Source: Chara braunii (lineage: Eukaryota; Plantae; Charophyceae). Taken from it: 64,000 bases of DNA. Numbering within the stretch: position 1 is the first letter of the stretch; every line of letters starts with the position of its first letter. Location of the stretch: contig BFEA01000025.1 of assembly GCA_003427395.1 (NCBI GenBank), positions 1,442,394 to 1,506,393 of the forward strand, written 5' to 3'. The notes beneath the pieces are model-generated. The model did not search any database, was not told the DNA's origin, and saw nothing but the letters and a program-made list of their open reading frames with translations. A program made the translations under genes and the position numbers. This document shows, piece after piece, positions 24,081 through 38,464 of this stretch.

Positions 24081-27000
24081 TTTTCCCTTTACAAAAAAAA
24101 AAAGCAATAGATGAAGTTGGAGGAAGCAACGTCCTGTGCTTATATACTGATCCTTCCTTAGCAGTCCCCTGGTCTATTCCTGGATCAGCGGACACCGTGG
24201 ACACCACTGGATCCGTGCGCCTACTTGCTCCTGAGTCCTTACCCTGCCTCCACACCACTGGACCAGGTCTGTTCCTGGACAAGTGGACAGCCTGGACACC
24301 AGGCCTACCCATCCACTGGTGTGTTCCTGGGCCCGTGGACCTACTCACTTCAAGTTGCTTGCTTACACTTCCTTAGCAGACCAATGGTCTGTTCCAGGTT
24401 CCCGGTTCCAGGTTCCACGGGTCCAGGAACTTAACCTACTTACATACGGGGCCCATACCATACCCAGTGGACCAGGGGACAACCTGGACGAATGCCCTAG
24501 CGCTGTTCATGAACAGACCATTGGACACTGGACACGAGTGTATCTTCCGGCAGAAGATGGCCAGGTTCATGAACAGACCAGTGGACACTGGACACGAGTG
24601 TATCTTCCTGCAGAAAATGGACACGTCGAGGCCTGGAAGGCTGGAACTGGACCAGCATGACATTATTAGGAACGTCCCAGAAAAATACAGCTACACTTCC
24701 TGGACATCTATCTTCGTGATGCATGGTCCAAAAGGAAGCAACAGGGGGCAAGGTCCCATTTGGCCAGATTCTTTGTTTCTGGCAGTTGAATCCGGGTACT
24801 AAGTGGGACCTCGCCCCGGGTGACGGCCCGGCGGGGGCCTTTCCCCTGATGATCAGGTACCAAACAAATAAAATTTATAAAAGTATGAATAAATAAATAA
24901 ATCAGGTGCCCGCTTTTGATAAGACTGGATGGGTATCGCTGTCTCTTCAAGGACAGTTCCGAAAAAAGAAAAAAAAAAAAGAAAAAAAAAGGAAAAAAAA
25001 AAGAGAGAGGTGAAGACAGTGCACGATCTGTTAGGATGGCTATTAGCGTCATCATGTTCGTTCTTTGGTGAACGGAGGTTGCTAACCCCCGTGGCTCGCT
25101 GTCCGTCGTAAACCGCGCATGAACGTGGACGCGAAACACGTCAAAGTTCGTGCTCTGTTAATTCATACGTAACGCGAGCAAACGACCCAGCCGCGGACAA
25201 GCAGCGGAGAGCTGTCGACATTGGCGCCGCAGACAAACGGGCCTATCTGAGGGCATATTCGCAGTAGGTCTTTTTTACTTATTAAGTTATTACTTATTTC
25301 TGGACGAAGTTGCCGTCAGATACATCCACATCCCGCCGTAATTCCGGTCACATGCATTCTGAAAAGTTCTCCTGTGATTACGCCCTCCTCAGCAGTGATA
25401 CACCCACGAACTGATACACCGCAAAAAAAAAAAAAAAAAAAACAGCGCTGAGTTCGAGTCTGGACTGAACTACCATTATTGAAATTGGGCCGGCAGAGAA
25501 CGTCCTATATTTTCATAATATTCAGCGTAATATCTGATCCAGTCACGCAGCTGCGTGCACACTTCAATTGGCGTACTATTCTTTCGCCTTTTACTAAAGA
25601 ATACCGTGGGGTGAGCACGCTAAGCAGCATACGCAAATTTTTGCCGGCCTCTCGCTCCCCAAATTAAAAAAAAAAAAAAAAAAAAAGATCCACTCTTCGT
25701 TGAGCCGAGAGAAGGTTAGCATCTCCCTCGATAAGAACGGGAATAGTCTAGTACCGACTATATGAACACATATGGTTTAGGCCTTTTTCGTTTTTTTTTT
25801 TTTTTTTTTTTTTTTNNNNNNNNNNNNNNNNNNNNNNNNNNNNNNTCCAACCCAATAATATCTGATCCAAACAAATTCAATTGTGGGCTAAGTAACCAAC
25901 GGGGCTGGCTCAGTTGGTACACACCCGATGATTCGAACCCAGCTGCCATCAGAAGAACAGAATAAAATAATTCTGAATTACTTCCCTGGGGCGGGTCAAC
26001 TCAATGATGATATCTATCTCAAGGCCGTCGCCCTTTAAAACACCAGTACTTGGGCCAGCTATTAATTGGGGCCACGGACAAAAATGGAGTAGAACGTTTC
26101 TAGTTGGATGAATTTGGGCGCTCCTGTAGTGGCCCGTACGTTTCCTTCTTGCAGAAGTCAGACAAATGCTGAAATTGACGGAAATTTTATACTGGAATTA
26201 TGCTAGAATTGCATAAGAAACTGAAAACTTAACGTTGAAATAGCGCAAAATAGCGAAAAGAGTTTGAAGAAACTTGAGCTCGAAATGCTGAAATCGCCGA
26301 CGAATAGGATGGGGTGGGTACCTTTTCCACTACGACCTACCGCCCAGTATCTGGTTATCAGGTTACCTCTTCCCTACCTGTCCTCGTACAGCCTCCGTAC
26401 CTAGGCTACCGGAGTGGCCTGGGTCCACTTGCCCGGCCGGGCCAAAAAGATATATTGAAAAAATAAAAAACTAAAAATTATTTTTAATTAAAATTGTTAT
26501 TTTAACATTGATGTAACGTAATGTTACATAGTAGAGGCGTTCGGAAGAACGTAAGAGCATATCCAACACTTGGGGATTTTGGGACTAAGCTCATAAATTT
26601 TCTACAAGCAATTTCTTCTGAAAGAATTCCTAAAAAAACTATGTTAACATTGATGTAACGTAATGTCACCTTCTATGACCCTGATGCAAAAGTTGCTCCG
26701 TTTATTTTTCTGCATAACATAGTTTTTTGAGTTTTTTTTTTTTTTTTTTTTTTTGCTGGGACCTCCCCTTGTCCTTGCACGGCCCGGCCGGAGGAACAAG
26801 AGAGAGTGAACCCAAGGCGTCACAGCGACCGAGAGCACACCACACTTCACATGCAAGCATCAGAGCGTAGACGTTTCATCGGCCCAAAGCCCAGAGAGGG
26901 CCAGTCATTACAATGAAAGTAGTAAGCACACCGCCATCAGCATCCCTTCCGCCACTCCACTCTCCTCGATACTACCGGCATTAAGCCGTCAGCATCCCCG

Positions 27001-27217
27001 CCACCTACCACTCTCCTCTATACTACCGGCGTTCTGGCGATTCCCCGAGAGCCCTTTCTGTCGGCGCCAGAGCCGACGTCGTCAGGGGGCAGGCACCTCC
27101 TTGGTTGAGTGGACGACGGTCAACCATAAATACGGTTGCCGCCTTCTGAAAATAGTACAAACTGGTCCCTTACCCCATCCAATTCTCTTAATTTCCAAGA
27201 CCCTTTCCTTCTGTTTG

Positions 27218-28309
27218 CTAGGTCAGGACCCGGTACCCTTCCCAGTCCCTTGCCTTTCTGTCAATGAATTTCCCCAGGGTACCGGTAAAAAACTCACTCG
27301 GGTACCTTAATAACCGCAGCTCCCTACTCAATGTTAGCAGCGGCATCTCCGCAAGTTCCACAGTCGTTGATAGGGCACTATTAATCACGGCCTTTTTCTG
27401 CTTTTTGTCGGCATAGGACCCAAAACTTTGCAACGACCGATAGCAGTACCCTTCTGACCATACGTTCTCTTCATTCTTGGCTTTGTACCTGATCTCCACT
27501 CGATTCGGAGATAGACAGACCCTCAACTCACAACCTAAAAAAGTCCAAGTCCCTTCGCGTGAATCAGTTCTAACCAACTGCAAGTTCGGGTCATAGATAT
27601 CTGCCAACTTCCCAATGACTCCTTTCGCCCTCTCTTCCCCCTGCCTTGAATTTCCTGCCCACACAAAAATTGACAAATCGTCTACTAGTCTAATACCCCT
27701 CACCAAATTCCGATCCCTCCCCAGAGTCCCCAGAAAGCATGCTTCGTTGAAGATACACAGCAGGCATGCTAACGGAGGACTACTACTCTTTCCCGTTGGC
27801 ACCCCCATTGTTTGCTTCAGAATTCTTCCCCCAGCAATCAGGTACGTATGATCCAATTCAAATTTAACAAACTTCTCAATTTGGTGCAAACTGATGAACA
27901 CCCACTCATTACTTTGTTGTTTGGCGAAGGACACTCCCTTTCCCCTCTTCTTCACGTACACCCCCTCCCTTCCTTTCCGCCTCGTCATTCCCGTCAGCCA
28001 TCTTACTGCCTCCAGAATGGAACCGTGCGGCAACTCATTAAACATTTCCTTAATGTCAAATGACAATCCCTTAATCTGTCCATTATTCCCTTTCGATTGT
28101 GCCCATTTTGTAACCTTTTCCAGCCTTCCTTTGAGGTCGCCTGTCGATCGTAGGTTGAAGTTGCAGGCTGGGGGTAACAGCAGCATTAGCCCATTCAATG
28201 CCCTCGCTACGCGTCTCCCAGCTGTTTTTGAAGGCTCACTGAACGACGGGGTGATAGGTCTGAATTTCCGCACGTCCTTATTTTTTGGAACAACGTAAGC
28301 CTTCCCCAA
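27218..28309 (-). CDS. PLE reverse transcriptase, frameshifted from the ORF2 N-part near 28350
   Basis: KFRPI, SFDIKEMF, QTMGVPTGKSSSPPLA, RLVDDL, TFLGC. Confidence 0.88.
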   Translation of the reverse strand: MGKAYVVPKNKDVRKFRPITPSFSEPSKTAGRRVARALNGLMLLLPPACNFNLRSTGDLKGRLEKVTKWAQSKGNNGQIKGLSFDIKEMFNELPHGSILEAVRWLTGMTRRKGREGVYVKKRGKGVSFAKQQSNEWVFISLHQIEKFVKFELDHTYLIAGGRILKQTMGVPTGKSSSPPLACLLCIFNEACFLGTLGRDRNLVRGIRLVDDLSIFVWAGNSRQGEERAKGVIGKLADIYDPNLQLVRTDSREGTWTFLGCELRVCLSPNRVEIRYKAKNEENVWSEGYCYRSLQSFGSYADKKQKKAVINSALSTTVELAEMPLLTLSRELRLLRYPSEFFTGTLGKFIDRKARDWEGYRVLT

Positions 28310-28356
28310 CCTCCCTTTTCCCTCCCATCTTCCAACTTCCTCAAGCTTCCTTACAT

Positions 28357-29979
28357 TCAGCGATAACCTCCTCTTCCCCCTTCGATACGGCTTAAGTTTG
28401 CCTTTCCCCAGAACATGTCCTGCATCCCTTCAGCGTAAACTTTTGGGCACAGAATCAGAGTTTCAGCTGGGATTTTATCCAAAGGCACCCTCACAAAGTT
28501 GACCAACAGCTTCTTCCATACTTTGACATCCACTCCACCTTCCTCTTTTCTTCCTTTCTCTTCCTGTCCCATTACACTCATCACTTCTCCTACGGTTACC
28601 CACTGCGTCAATCCATATTTCACAAAGCAATCGTTTATTTCCCTCGTAACCCCCTTTACCAAGTCCATTCCCTCCTTCCTTACATAGTCCTTTGCATTTA
28701 GTAAAACCAGGGGAGCGTCATTAACCGAGATGAGTTTGCAAGTCACGTGTCCTTCCACTTTCGGAAGGTCCGAGTCCACACAGGGGCAGACGCCTACCAC
28801 GTTCCACGCAGCGGTTCTGTGGTTATGCAGAATCTGACCGACCGTCTGGTTTCGTTTCCAAACGGTCCTCAGACGTCCACAGATAAGCTTGCTTACACAG
28901 TCAGGAAACTGCTCTTTCACCCTCTCTTTTACCAAACTCCTTATCTTACTCTTTACAATCCCTCTATTATAGGTAACCCCGATCACTATCCTCCTCCTAA
29001 TTTTAATCCCAAACTTTTTAGAAATCACTCCATCCAGAATACCTTTGACTTTCTTGCGGGTTGCCTTCTTGCTGAATGTCCGAGCGGTCTGAAAGAGCCG
29101 AACCAGTTCGTCCGAAGACATCCTAAACAAGTTTTTGATCGTCCATGGTACTGACAGCAAATGAATCGGAGTTTTCTTATCCGTAGTCAGTCCGAATTTT
29201 CCCTTTACGACCTTTATCACTTGGAACCTCCCTCCCTGCTGGATCTCCTTTTTGCATTCTTTAAGAAGTTTCACCCTCCCTTTTTCCCGAACCACCGTCT
29301 CACCAAACCGTCTCCGAATCACCGACCATTTCGTAACCCACAACGAACCCTTTCTCGACAAAAAATCCCTACACCCACTACTTAGCAAACTACCCAAATC
29401 ACAAAATTCCCGTCCGTTGGCTTGAAATTTCACAATTCCTAATGTCCCCTGCCTCCCTCCCTTTTTCCTTGCCCTTCTTCCTTTCCGATTCTTCTTCGTC
29501 CCCGCCTTCTTCTTTCCCCGACTATTCAAGATCGGCGACCATCTACCGATACACATCTCCTCGATTTTAACCAATTCATCCTTCTCAGCAAAAACAAGGG
29601 GCATTGCTATGTATGAATTCCATCCAAATTTGCCTAACCATCTATAGAACTTATTTCCTACACCATTCGAACTCAGATTCCCGACATGTTCACGCCACCT
29701 GGTCCGTAGTTCCCGTTCTGTCTTCCCAATATAAAATTTTCGGCAGAAGGGACTGAAGATCAGATAAACACACGAACGCGCTTCCAGCCATCCTTGCGGA
29801 GCCTTATCAAAACATTCAAAGACCACGTCACGGAATTTTTCGGCAAATCCAATCCCCTTACAGGCTAATAAAAACAGTGAAAGCAACGCACCCAAGTTAT
29901 CAACAATCCTCACTATCTTCTTAAATCGCTTATCAGCCCCTAGCTTACCCCTAATATCGTAGATTTCCTGTATTTCCAT
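28357..29979 (-). CDS. PLE ORF2 N-part: GIY-YIG endonuclease plus CxC..H linker
   Basis: CVYLIFSPFCRKFYIGKTERELRTRWREH..EEMCI..PILN; VCPCVDS..GHVTC. Confidence 0.85.
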   Translation of the reverse strand: MEIQEIYDIRGKLGADKRFKKIVRIVDNLGALLSLFLLACKGIGFAEKFRDVVFECFDKAPQGWLEARSCVYLIFSPFCRKFYIGKTERELRTRWREHVGNLSSNGVGNKFYRWLGKFGWNSYIAMPLVFAEKDELVKIEEMCIGRWSPILNSRGKKKAGTKKNRKGRRARKKGGRQGTLGIVKFQANGREFCDLGSLLSSGCRDFLSRKGSLWVTKWSVIRRRFGETVVREKGRVKLLKECKKEIQQGGRFQVIKVVKGKFGLTTDKKTPIHLLSVPWTIKNLFRMSSDELVRLFQTARTFSKKATRKKVKGILDGVISKKFGIKIRRRIVIGVTYNRGIVKSKIRSLVKERVKEQFPDCVSKLICGRLRTVWKRNQTVGQILHNHRTAAWNVVGVCPCVDSDLPKVEGHVTCKLISVNDAPLVLLNAKDYVRKEGMDLVKGVTREINDCFVKYGLTQWVTVGEVMSVMGQEEKGRKEEGGVDVKVWKKLLVNFVRVPLDKIPAETLILCPKVYAEGMQDMFWGKANLSRIEGGRGGYR

Positions 29980-29982
29980 GCC

Positions 29983-31437
29983 CTATACTTGTTCAATCCC
30001 CCCCTCCCGTTCCCGTTCACGTTCTAGTTCGGGTACAGCATCCGCATCCCCCGTCGGGGCCCTATCAGTCGGGCCTGCGGTTGACCTTACCCTAGGTGCT
30101 CGCACCCCTATTCGAGGTACATGCGTTTCAAAGATACTCTGCATGATGCGTAGCTCCGCCAACTCTTCAACTGCCTCGTCTTTCTTTCCTCTCCAGACGA
30201 TCCCCTCCTTCTTGCAGAGCGTTTTCAGCTCTGGGCAGTGCTTCTTTGCGATGTACTTCACCATTGCGATCTTGAAGCCAGTCCTGCTCTCGAAGTCTGC
30301 CGAACAAGGCACACCGCTCCAAGGATAAGTTATCAGTACCGTGTCTTTCTTGGGTCGCCCTCTTCCCTTCCTCTCCGGTTCGACTGGTGAGGCCATCGGG
30401 AACACCGGCTGTTGTGTGCCGCTTCCTCTTGCCGCTTTCGGCGGTGTCTCCGTCGGTGGGCTCCCTTGCGAAGGTTCGCCTCTCTCCTGTGTTCGCTTCC
30501 TCCCTCTGACGTTAGTACTCCCTTCCCGTTCCTCATCCTCCTCTACCTCTTCCTCTTCATTAGGCCATTGTTCCCATTCCTACTCAGCGTCCTCTACGAC
30601 CTTTTTCCCTTTCACCATGTCATGTATTTCCTCGTTGACCGCTTTTTTGACTTCCTGTTTCAGGAACAGTCTCTGTTCCCCGAACAACTTCCTAATGCCC
30701 CACAGTCGATCCGCTTCTTTCTTCTCCTCCTCTTGCTTCTTTGCTAATTCTACTCGCTTCGCTTCTTCTTTCTCAATTTTTTCCCGAACTTCTCGTTTCT
30801 TCCGTTCTTCCTCCTCCTTCTTCGCTGCTTCCTCCTTCGCCTTCTCTTCAATAGATAACTTAAAAAACGATGCCATAGCCCCGATCGACTCTTCCAACTC
30901 TTTACTTAACGTCACCACCGGCGCTGAACCTGGCCCCATTGTTTGAGTCGTGTTTTGGCCATTACCTCCTCCAACAGTTCCATTTCCTCCCCCTCCACCT
31001 CCTCCTCCTCCTCCTCCTCCTCCTCCTCCTTGAGTGTAATTCCTGCCTTGGAAATTTCCACCTTGGAAGGTCCCCCCCGGGGGGTACCCATTCCCTTGCC
31101 GAGGCATCGGGCACTCCCTTGAGTAGTGCCCGAACTGATTGCAGTTGTAGCTTCGAACTTGATTCCTCGGTCTTCCCCCTCCTCCGTTCCAACCCCCATT
31201 ATTCCATCCTCCATTGTTCCAACCTCCATTGTTCCAATGTCCCGGCGGTCCATTATTCCATCCCCCTCCCCCTCCAGGGTTCCCGCCTCCTCCATTATTC
31301 CCCCACCCCGACTGTGGCGGTCCCCAATTTCCACCACCTCCTCCTCGTCCCCCGTTCCATCCTTGCTGTCCCCCATTCCATCCTTGGCCTCCAGGCCCTT
31401 GATTACCTCCATTATTACCCTGTCCATTAGAGTCCAT
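29983..31437 (-). CDS. PLE ORF1: GW/GN-rich region, degenerate CCHC knuckle, coiled coil, SAP-like motif (one internal TAG at 30580)
   Basis: ORFs 30580-31437 and 29983-30405 share a frame and are open between them; SYNCNQFGHYSREC; PELKTLCKKEGIVWRGKKDEAVEEL. Confidence 0.75.
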
Positions 31438-32998
31438 ATATTTTTCGCCGTTCTCCGTTGATAAGTTAGCCTCCTTTAGTCGTCCTACAGCCGCATCCGA
31501 GAATTACTCTCGGACCAGCCTCGTAACTTCTCCTTCTTCTAGCTCCGCTGTCACCACCGTCGAGTAACTCCCTCAGCAGGTTACAGCGTCCTTGTTCAGA
31601 GGAACAAGAGAGAGTGAACGCAAGGCGTCACAGCGACCGAGAGCACACCACACTTCACATGCAAGCATCAGAGCGTAGACGTTTCAGCGGCCAAAAGCCC
31701 GGGAAAATAGGGTGACCCGGCGGCCCGGCTGGTTGCCTAGCTCCGTACCTTGTTATAGTACTCAGTCCACAGTAGTCCCTGTCGTTCCGTGTTACCCTGC
31801 AGTCGAGGAGCATTCTCCATGCCTTCTTGCATTTTTGGCAAACTTTGCCATGGATGATGCAAGCTCGTTTTTTTTTTTTTTTTTTTTTTTTTGNGCTATA
31901 GTGAATGTGCACTTAACTGTGATGGTGAACGCCCCACAATCGTCATGGTCTGCAACCGGCATGCCCTCTGTCGTGCATGCTTCAGAGGTATGGTTAATGC
32001 TAGCCGCCCTGGCTCCTGGTGACGAAGTTGCTTACCTGAATGGTTTTCGTCCTATGGATCAGCGGGAGGGATGCTACCATCGCCCACATCCTTATGACAG
32101 TTGTCCTATTTGTCGTGAGGGTCTTACTTAGACGTACTTTGCACCTTGACAAAAATGTGCAGGTGCGCTGAAAAAACTGTATAAGAATGTGCAAAAGTGG
32201 GAAACCCTTCACTAGAGATGCAAAACAGTGAAGAATATTGCAGTAAAAGAAGAATATAAGTCTGTGTCATTTGACTTTGTTTGTACCCAGCACCCAAACA
32301 CCCTAAAAAGAAAAGTCAAAAGGGTGAAAATGATATTGTAAAATGAAGAAGGAAGTGCAGGTGCGCTGAAAACCGAACGTGGAAGACTCTTCACAAAAAC
32401 TGCAAGAAAGAAGAATGCAGTAAAAGAAAGAAGATGTTTGTGTCAACGTTTTTTATTTTTATTTTTGTTTTTTCTCCCTCTGTCTGCTGGTTACCCTGTC
32501 TGCTCCTCTCTTCCTTGTGTTTAACACCACTTCCTTCACTCTGCCTCTTTCCCATAGCGTGCAAGTGGGCTGTTATGGCATACGGGGATGGGGGCAACTC
32601 GTGCTCAACTTCATCAACGTGGCGAGCCTTGTACGTTAGATACACGGTGGAGGAGGCGTTAAGAAGACTGAGAAACTGAATGATTTCAATGTGCTTTTGT
32701 TTTTGATTTTTATTCTTTCTTCAATATACAGTGAAACGAATAATAAGAGGGCATTGTTCTGTGTCATTCTGGTTTGTCTATCTCTTTGCATGTCTATCCT
32801 TTCATTTTCCTTTCTTTGCTCATCTTATTTATCCTTCTACTTCACGTGCTTGTGGTCTTAGTGAATAGTTTTGTGACAATATATATATATAGAGAGAGAG
32901 AGCGAGAGATACGGGCGTGTTGATAAAAAAAATCTCTACACGCCTATGATTTTTAATAATTTTTTGTGATATCTACTGGAAGGGGAAAAAAAAAAAAG

Positions 32999-33042
<44 letters not shown>

Positions 33043-33198
33043 GTCTCTCTTAGACGAGAGAGAAAAAAAAGACAAACAACAACCCATCAGTTTCTCATCC
33101 TTTAATTGGCGTACATGTGCTTTTCACGGGGACCACATTGTGTTTATGACAGTTTATCATGACATTGTGTATTTCTTTCTTTTGATGCCAATCTATCG

Positions 33199-33642
33199 GC
33201 CTGGCTCCACTACTACTCTCCACATGCACCAAAGGCAAAAAATATGGGGGTGTATCTCTTTCCTTGCTCTAGCCGAAGATTCATTCTCCTTTTGCACATT
33301 TGGAGAGTACTGGAGTGAGGCCCTATCTTTCAAGTGAAATAAGAGAGTGTGCTGTCATGGACTCATGGACGCGTTAATTGGCGTCGCTGCACTACTCTCT
33401 ACATGCACAAAAGACAAAAATCATGGCCGTGTATCTTTCTCGTTTTGCACATTTCGAGAGTAGTGGAGCGAGGCCTAATATCTGTGGAATCTTGATCATC
33501 TGTCCTCATACTAAGGGCCTGGCTCCGCTACTCTCGACATCATGCACAAAAGACAAAAATCATGGCCGTGTATCTTTCCATGTTCTAGTAGCGGAGTATT
33601 CTCTCTCGTTTTGTACATTTGGAGAGTCGTGGAGCGAGCCCC
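33199..33642. mobile_element. Cluster of foldback MITE family C copies (~125 bp)
   Basis: GGCCTGGCTCCACTACT...GAGTACTGGAGTGAGGCC-type termini; further copies at ~42420-42529, 45173-45299, 49700-49800. Confidence 0.65.
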
Positions 33643-34400
33643 CAAGGCTGCTGCTTGCTGACCAGTTCCTCCTTCAGCTTCTACTATCCCTCTCATGGCA
33701 ACACGAGAGTTCAATCACTTCGCTCTATGCTGGAAGCGCCTTAGAGTTGGAAGTTCCAAATTCATTGGTCAATCAGCAGGCTCGCCATAGTTTGAAAAAA
33801 CAAAAAAAGACGGGGAAAGGCATACACCCGAGTGTAAGAGAAGTGACGTAGACGTCGTAGAGCGAGCTGAGTTGGCATGTTGAAGAGTTGGGATCCCAGT
33901 CGCAGCAGCGATCCTTCCGGCATGGGAAAGCAATCTACTGCTGGGATCCCATCCCATCTCAATGATCTCATCCTGAAAGTGCGACCACCTCTGTGACGAG
34001 CGGCACTTGCTGTTAGCCTGTTACGGTCTTCCACAGATAGAACGTGCGGTCATTAAAGCTGTATTTGGCACACCTTTCTGTCCAGATGCAGCGAAAATGA
34101 AGCCGTATTTCGCGCACCTTTCTGTCCAGATGCAGCGAAAATGACCGTACATTCTGTTCGGGGGAAGAAGGTAGGGATAGTTCTTTTCATGGGACACTCA
34201 GAGTCTGCTCGGGGCCAAGTCCCACTAGAAGCCTTGATTTTCCCTCGACGGCTGAACCTGGACGTGTTTGTGGAGATGTGCGGTTCAGGAACCAAACTCC
34301 ACGCACTCGTCTGTGGCCTTTCTCCTTCCATTCATTCACTTCACATTCACAAACCTTAAGTCCAATTGCAGACGTTGCCTATTTGAAATTTTGAATTGAA

Positions 34401-36122
<1,722 letters not shown>

Positions 36123-37085
36123 CGGTTGCTCTGGGGCATGAGGTTGCGCATCACACCTGTGCTACCAACCAGATCGCCCGTCGAGATATAGACATGAGCA
36201 CCTTATCATTACACCATGGTTGTGGCCAGATAGCCACACTCCTGCTCTTCTGCTGCTTCACTGTCAGGAAATTCATTGAGAGAACGTGAGACTCATGCCC
36301 TCTCACCCCCCCCTGGAAAAAAAGAAAAAAAAAAAGAAAAAAGTATGCCTCTAGTAAACTGTTTGTCTGGAAGCATTGGAGGAGAGGTCCTTTGTCATAG
36401 TACTTCGTCCTACAGTGTTCCCCCGAATACAACATACAGTCATTATAGCTGAATTTAGACTCAAAGATGGTCCAAATTCAGCTATAATGACCGTGTGTTG
36501 TATTGGGGGGAAGACTGTAGTTGACATCCAGTCTGAGAGGGGTTTCCTGGATATCGCTGAATCCTCAGAACATGATCTGACAGTCAGTATATTTGCATCT
36601 TGTGTGCAGTAATATGCATGAGTCGCCGAAGTTTGCTACTTACTTGTCCCTTGGCTGAGAGAGCAGCTTCAATGACAGAATAGTACTCTGAGACTCTGAG
36701 TTAGTGCTATTAAATGAAGTTGGCTTAATAAGCCTATTTTGTTGGACCTGTTGCCACTGTTCGCTCTGGACCCTATGCCCCTCACCAAGTATGACTCACC
36801 TGTAAATGGATGCAAGGGACGCTAGACCCCGTTCCCTGCAAAGCAGAAACCAGGCAAATTGAATGGGATATGAGTCATATGACTGCAAGGCACCTGAAAT
36901 CTACAAGATTCACCGCATACAACACTCATCCCAAGGATTAAAAGTCTTTTTACGCTCAATCCTGACGGTTCTCATACCACCACCGGGATGGAGGGTTTAC
37001 ACGAGGGCTTTTCTGGGAGAAAAAAGAAAAAGAAAAAAAAGAGTGCTGAGAGAGTGGAGAAAGAGCAAGAAGGAGCAAGAGCAGA

Positions 37086-38228
37086 TGTTACATCTTCGAC
37101 GCCACACGGGCCCTACTGGACCCGACTTAGGGCCAGAGGGACACAGTAGGGCCTAAAGGCCCGACCTCGGGGGTAGTAGGGGTACTACAGGCCGTAAAGG
37201 CCTCACTTTGGACCAGACCCGACGGGCAGGCCCAAACGACATTACCGTTTGGGCCTGGCGGCGCTCTTGAGGCTGCCGCCCGCCGGTTGGGGCTGAACCG
37301 TCCATCTTGACGGTTCAGGGCACGGCCAGGCCTCGCAGCATTGAGGCCGGCCTCTGCCCCACCGGTACAAAAGTACCGGTCCAGCCTCATTCAGGCTATC
37401 GACCCACTGGCACTCTAGCGGTGCGGTATGGTACGGCGCGACAGCGCTGGCGCTATTCTTAGCGCAGGAGCACGAGGAGCAGCGGCAGCAGCAGCATTAG
37501 TGCAGCAGCAGCGAGCGGAGCAGCAGCAGCGGCGACTGAGCATATCAGCGGCTATAGCCGCCTGAGGTATCGGGAGTCGGAGGTTCTCTCCTCCCTCCCA
37601 TCGCCAGTCCCCTCTCTCTCTCTCTCTCCTCCTCGGCTCCCTTCTCCTTCTTCTTCTTCTTCTTCTACTTCTTCTTCTTCTCTTCAGACTTCATCTTCTT
37701 CTTCTTCTTTTTCTTCTTCTTCTTCTTCAGACTGGAGACTTATACTAGTTGGACAGAGATCAGAGTTGGACTTTGGTGGTAAGAGGCTGTGGTACTTACC
37801 GGGTTCGAGACTTGGAGATTGTTGGGGATGATACTCGGCTGCATCACAGATTTGACACCGGTTACATTAGGACTCTGTATCTCCGACATTGGTGACTTAT
37901 TGTCCTCGACATTTTGATCTTGTTCGATGACATTTTGGATTACCATATAGGTGACCTACTGGTTTCTATCTCGGTGACATTTGGTGCTACCTACATCTCC
38001 CACCTCCTTCGTCTCTCCTCCCACCTTCATCTGTGCATGTGTGTACGGGGCTGAGCATCGTCCATGTATGGCTCAGACCCCACCATCTCACGATTGTATG
38101 TGTGTGGAGTGATATCTATGTGAGTCAGTCTATGTGAGTCAGTCCGTTTCTCAGACTTCCGTTGCATATATGCCCATCCTACATTGGTTGATCTTTGGTT
38201 CTGCCCATACTCATTGAAGTATGTAACA
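37086..38228 (+). mobile_element. Solo LTR of a second family
   Basis: TGTTACA...TGTAACA termini; 5-bp TSD GCAGA (37081-37085, 38229-38233); homologous to 50712-51244, which is followed by a PBS. Confidence 0.9.
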
Positions 38229-38464
38229 GCAGAGGAGGAATCCGAGGAAGAAGAACACGAAGAGGAAACGTAAGTCTTTAAGTTCCAGAAGAAAACCATG
38301 ATCATGATGCTGGTGATCTCCTGACTTCCAAAAAACAGCAACTGAAATCAACATGGGGGAAACTACGCGGGAGTCACAGAAACGAGTTATAATTTTGCAG
38401 TATGTAAACTCTATAGGTTGGCCAAGTGCTTGGCACAGTGCCCCTACGCTGCGTCTTGGGCCTT

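Larger units (their letters stand above)
26791..31700 (-). mobile_element. Penelope-like element with N-terminal GIY-YIG (Chlamys/Naiad-type)
   Basis: 102-bp terminal direct repeats (26791-26892 and 31599-31700, 3 mismatches); GIY-YIG lies upstream of a PLE-type RT. Confidence 0.9.

Noticed and set aside
26860-26915. Hammerhead ribozyme at the PLE terminal repeat (minus strand TAATGA-stem-GAAACGTC)
   Set aside because: The CUGANGA core is not intact and no stem I pairing is evident; at best a degenerate relic
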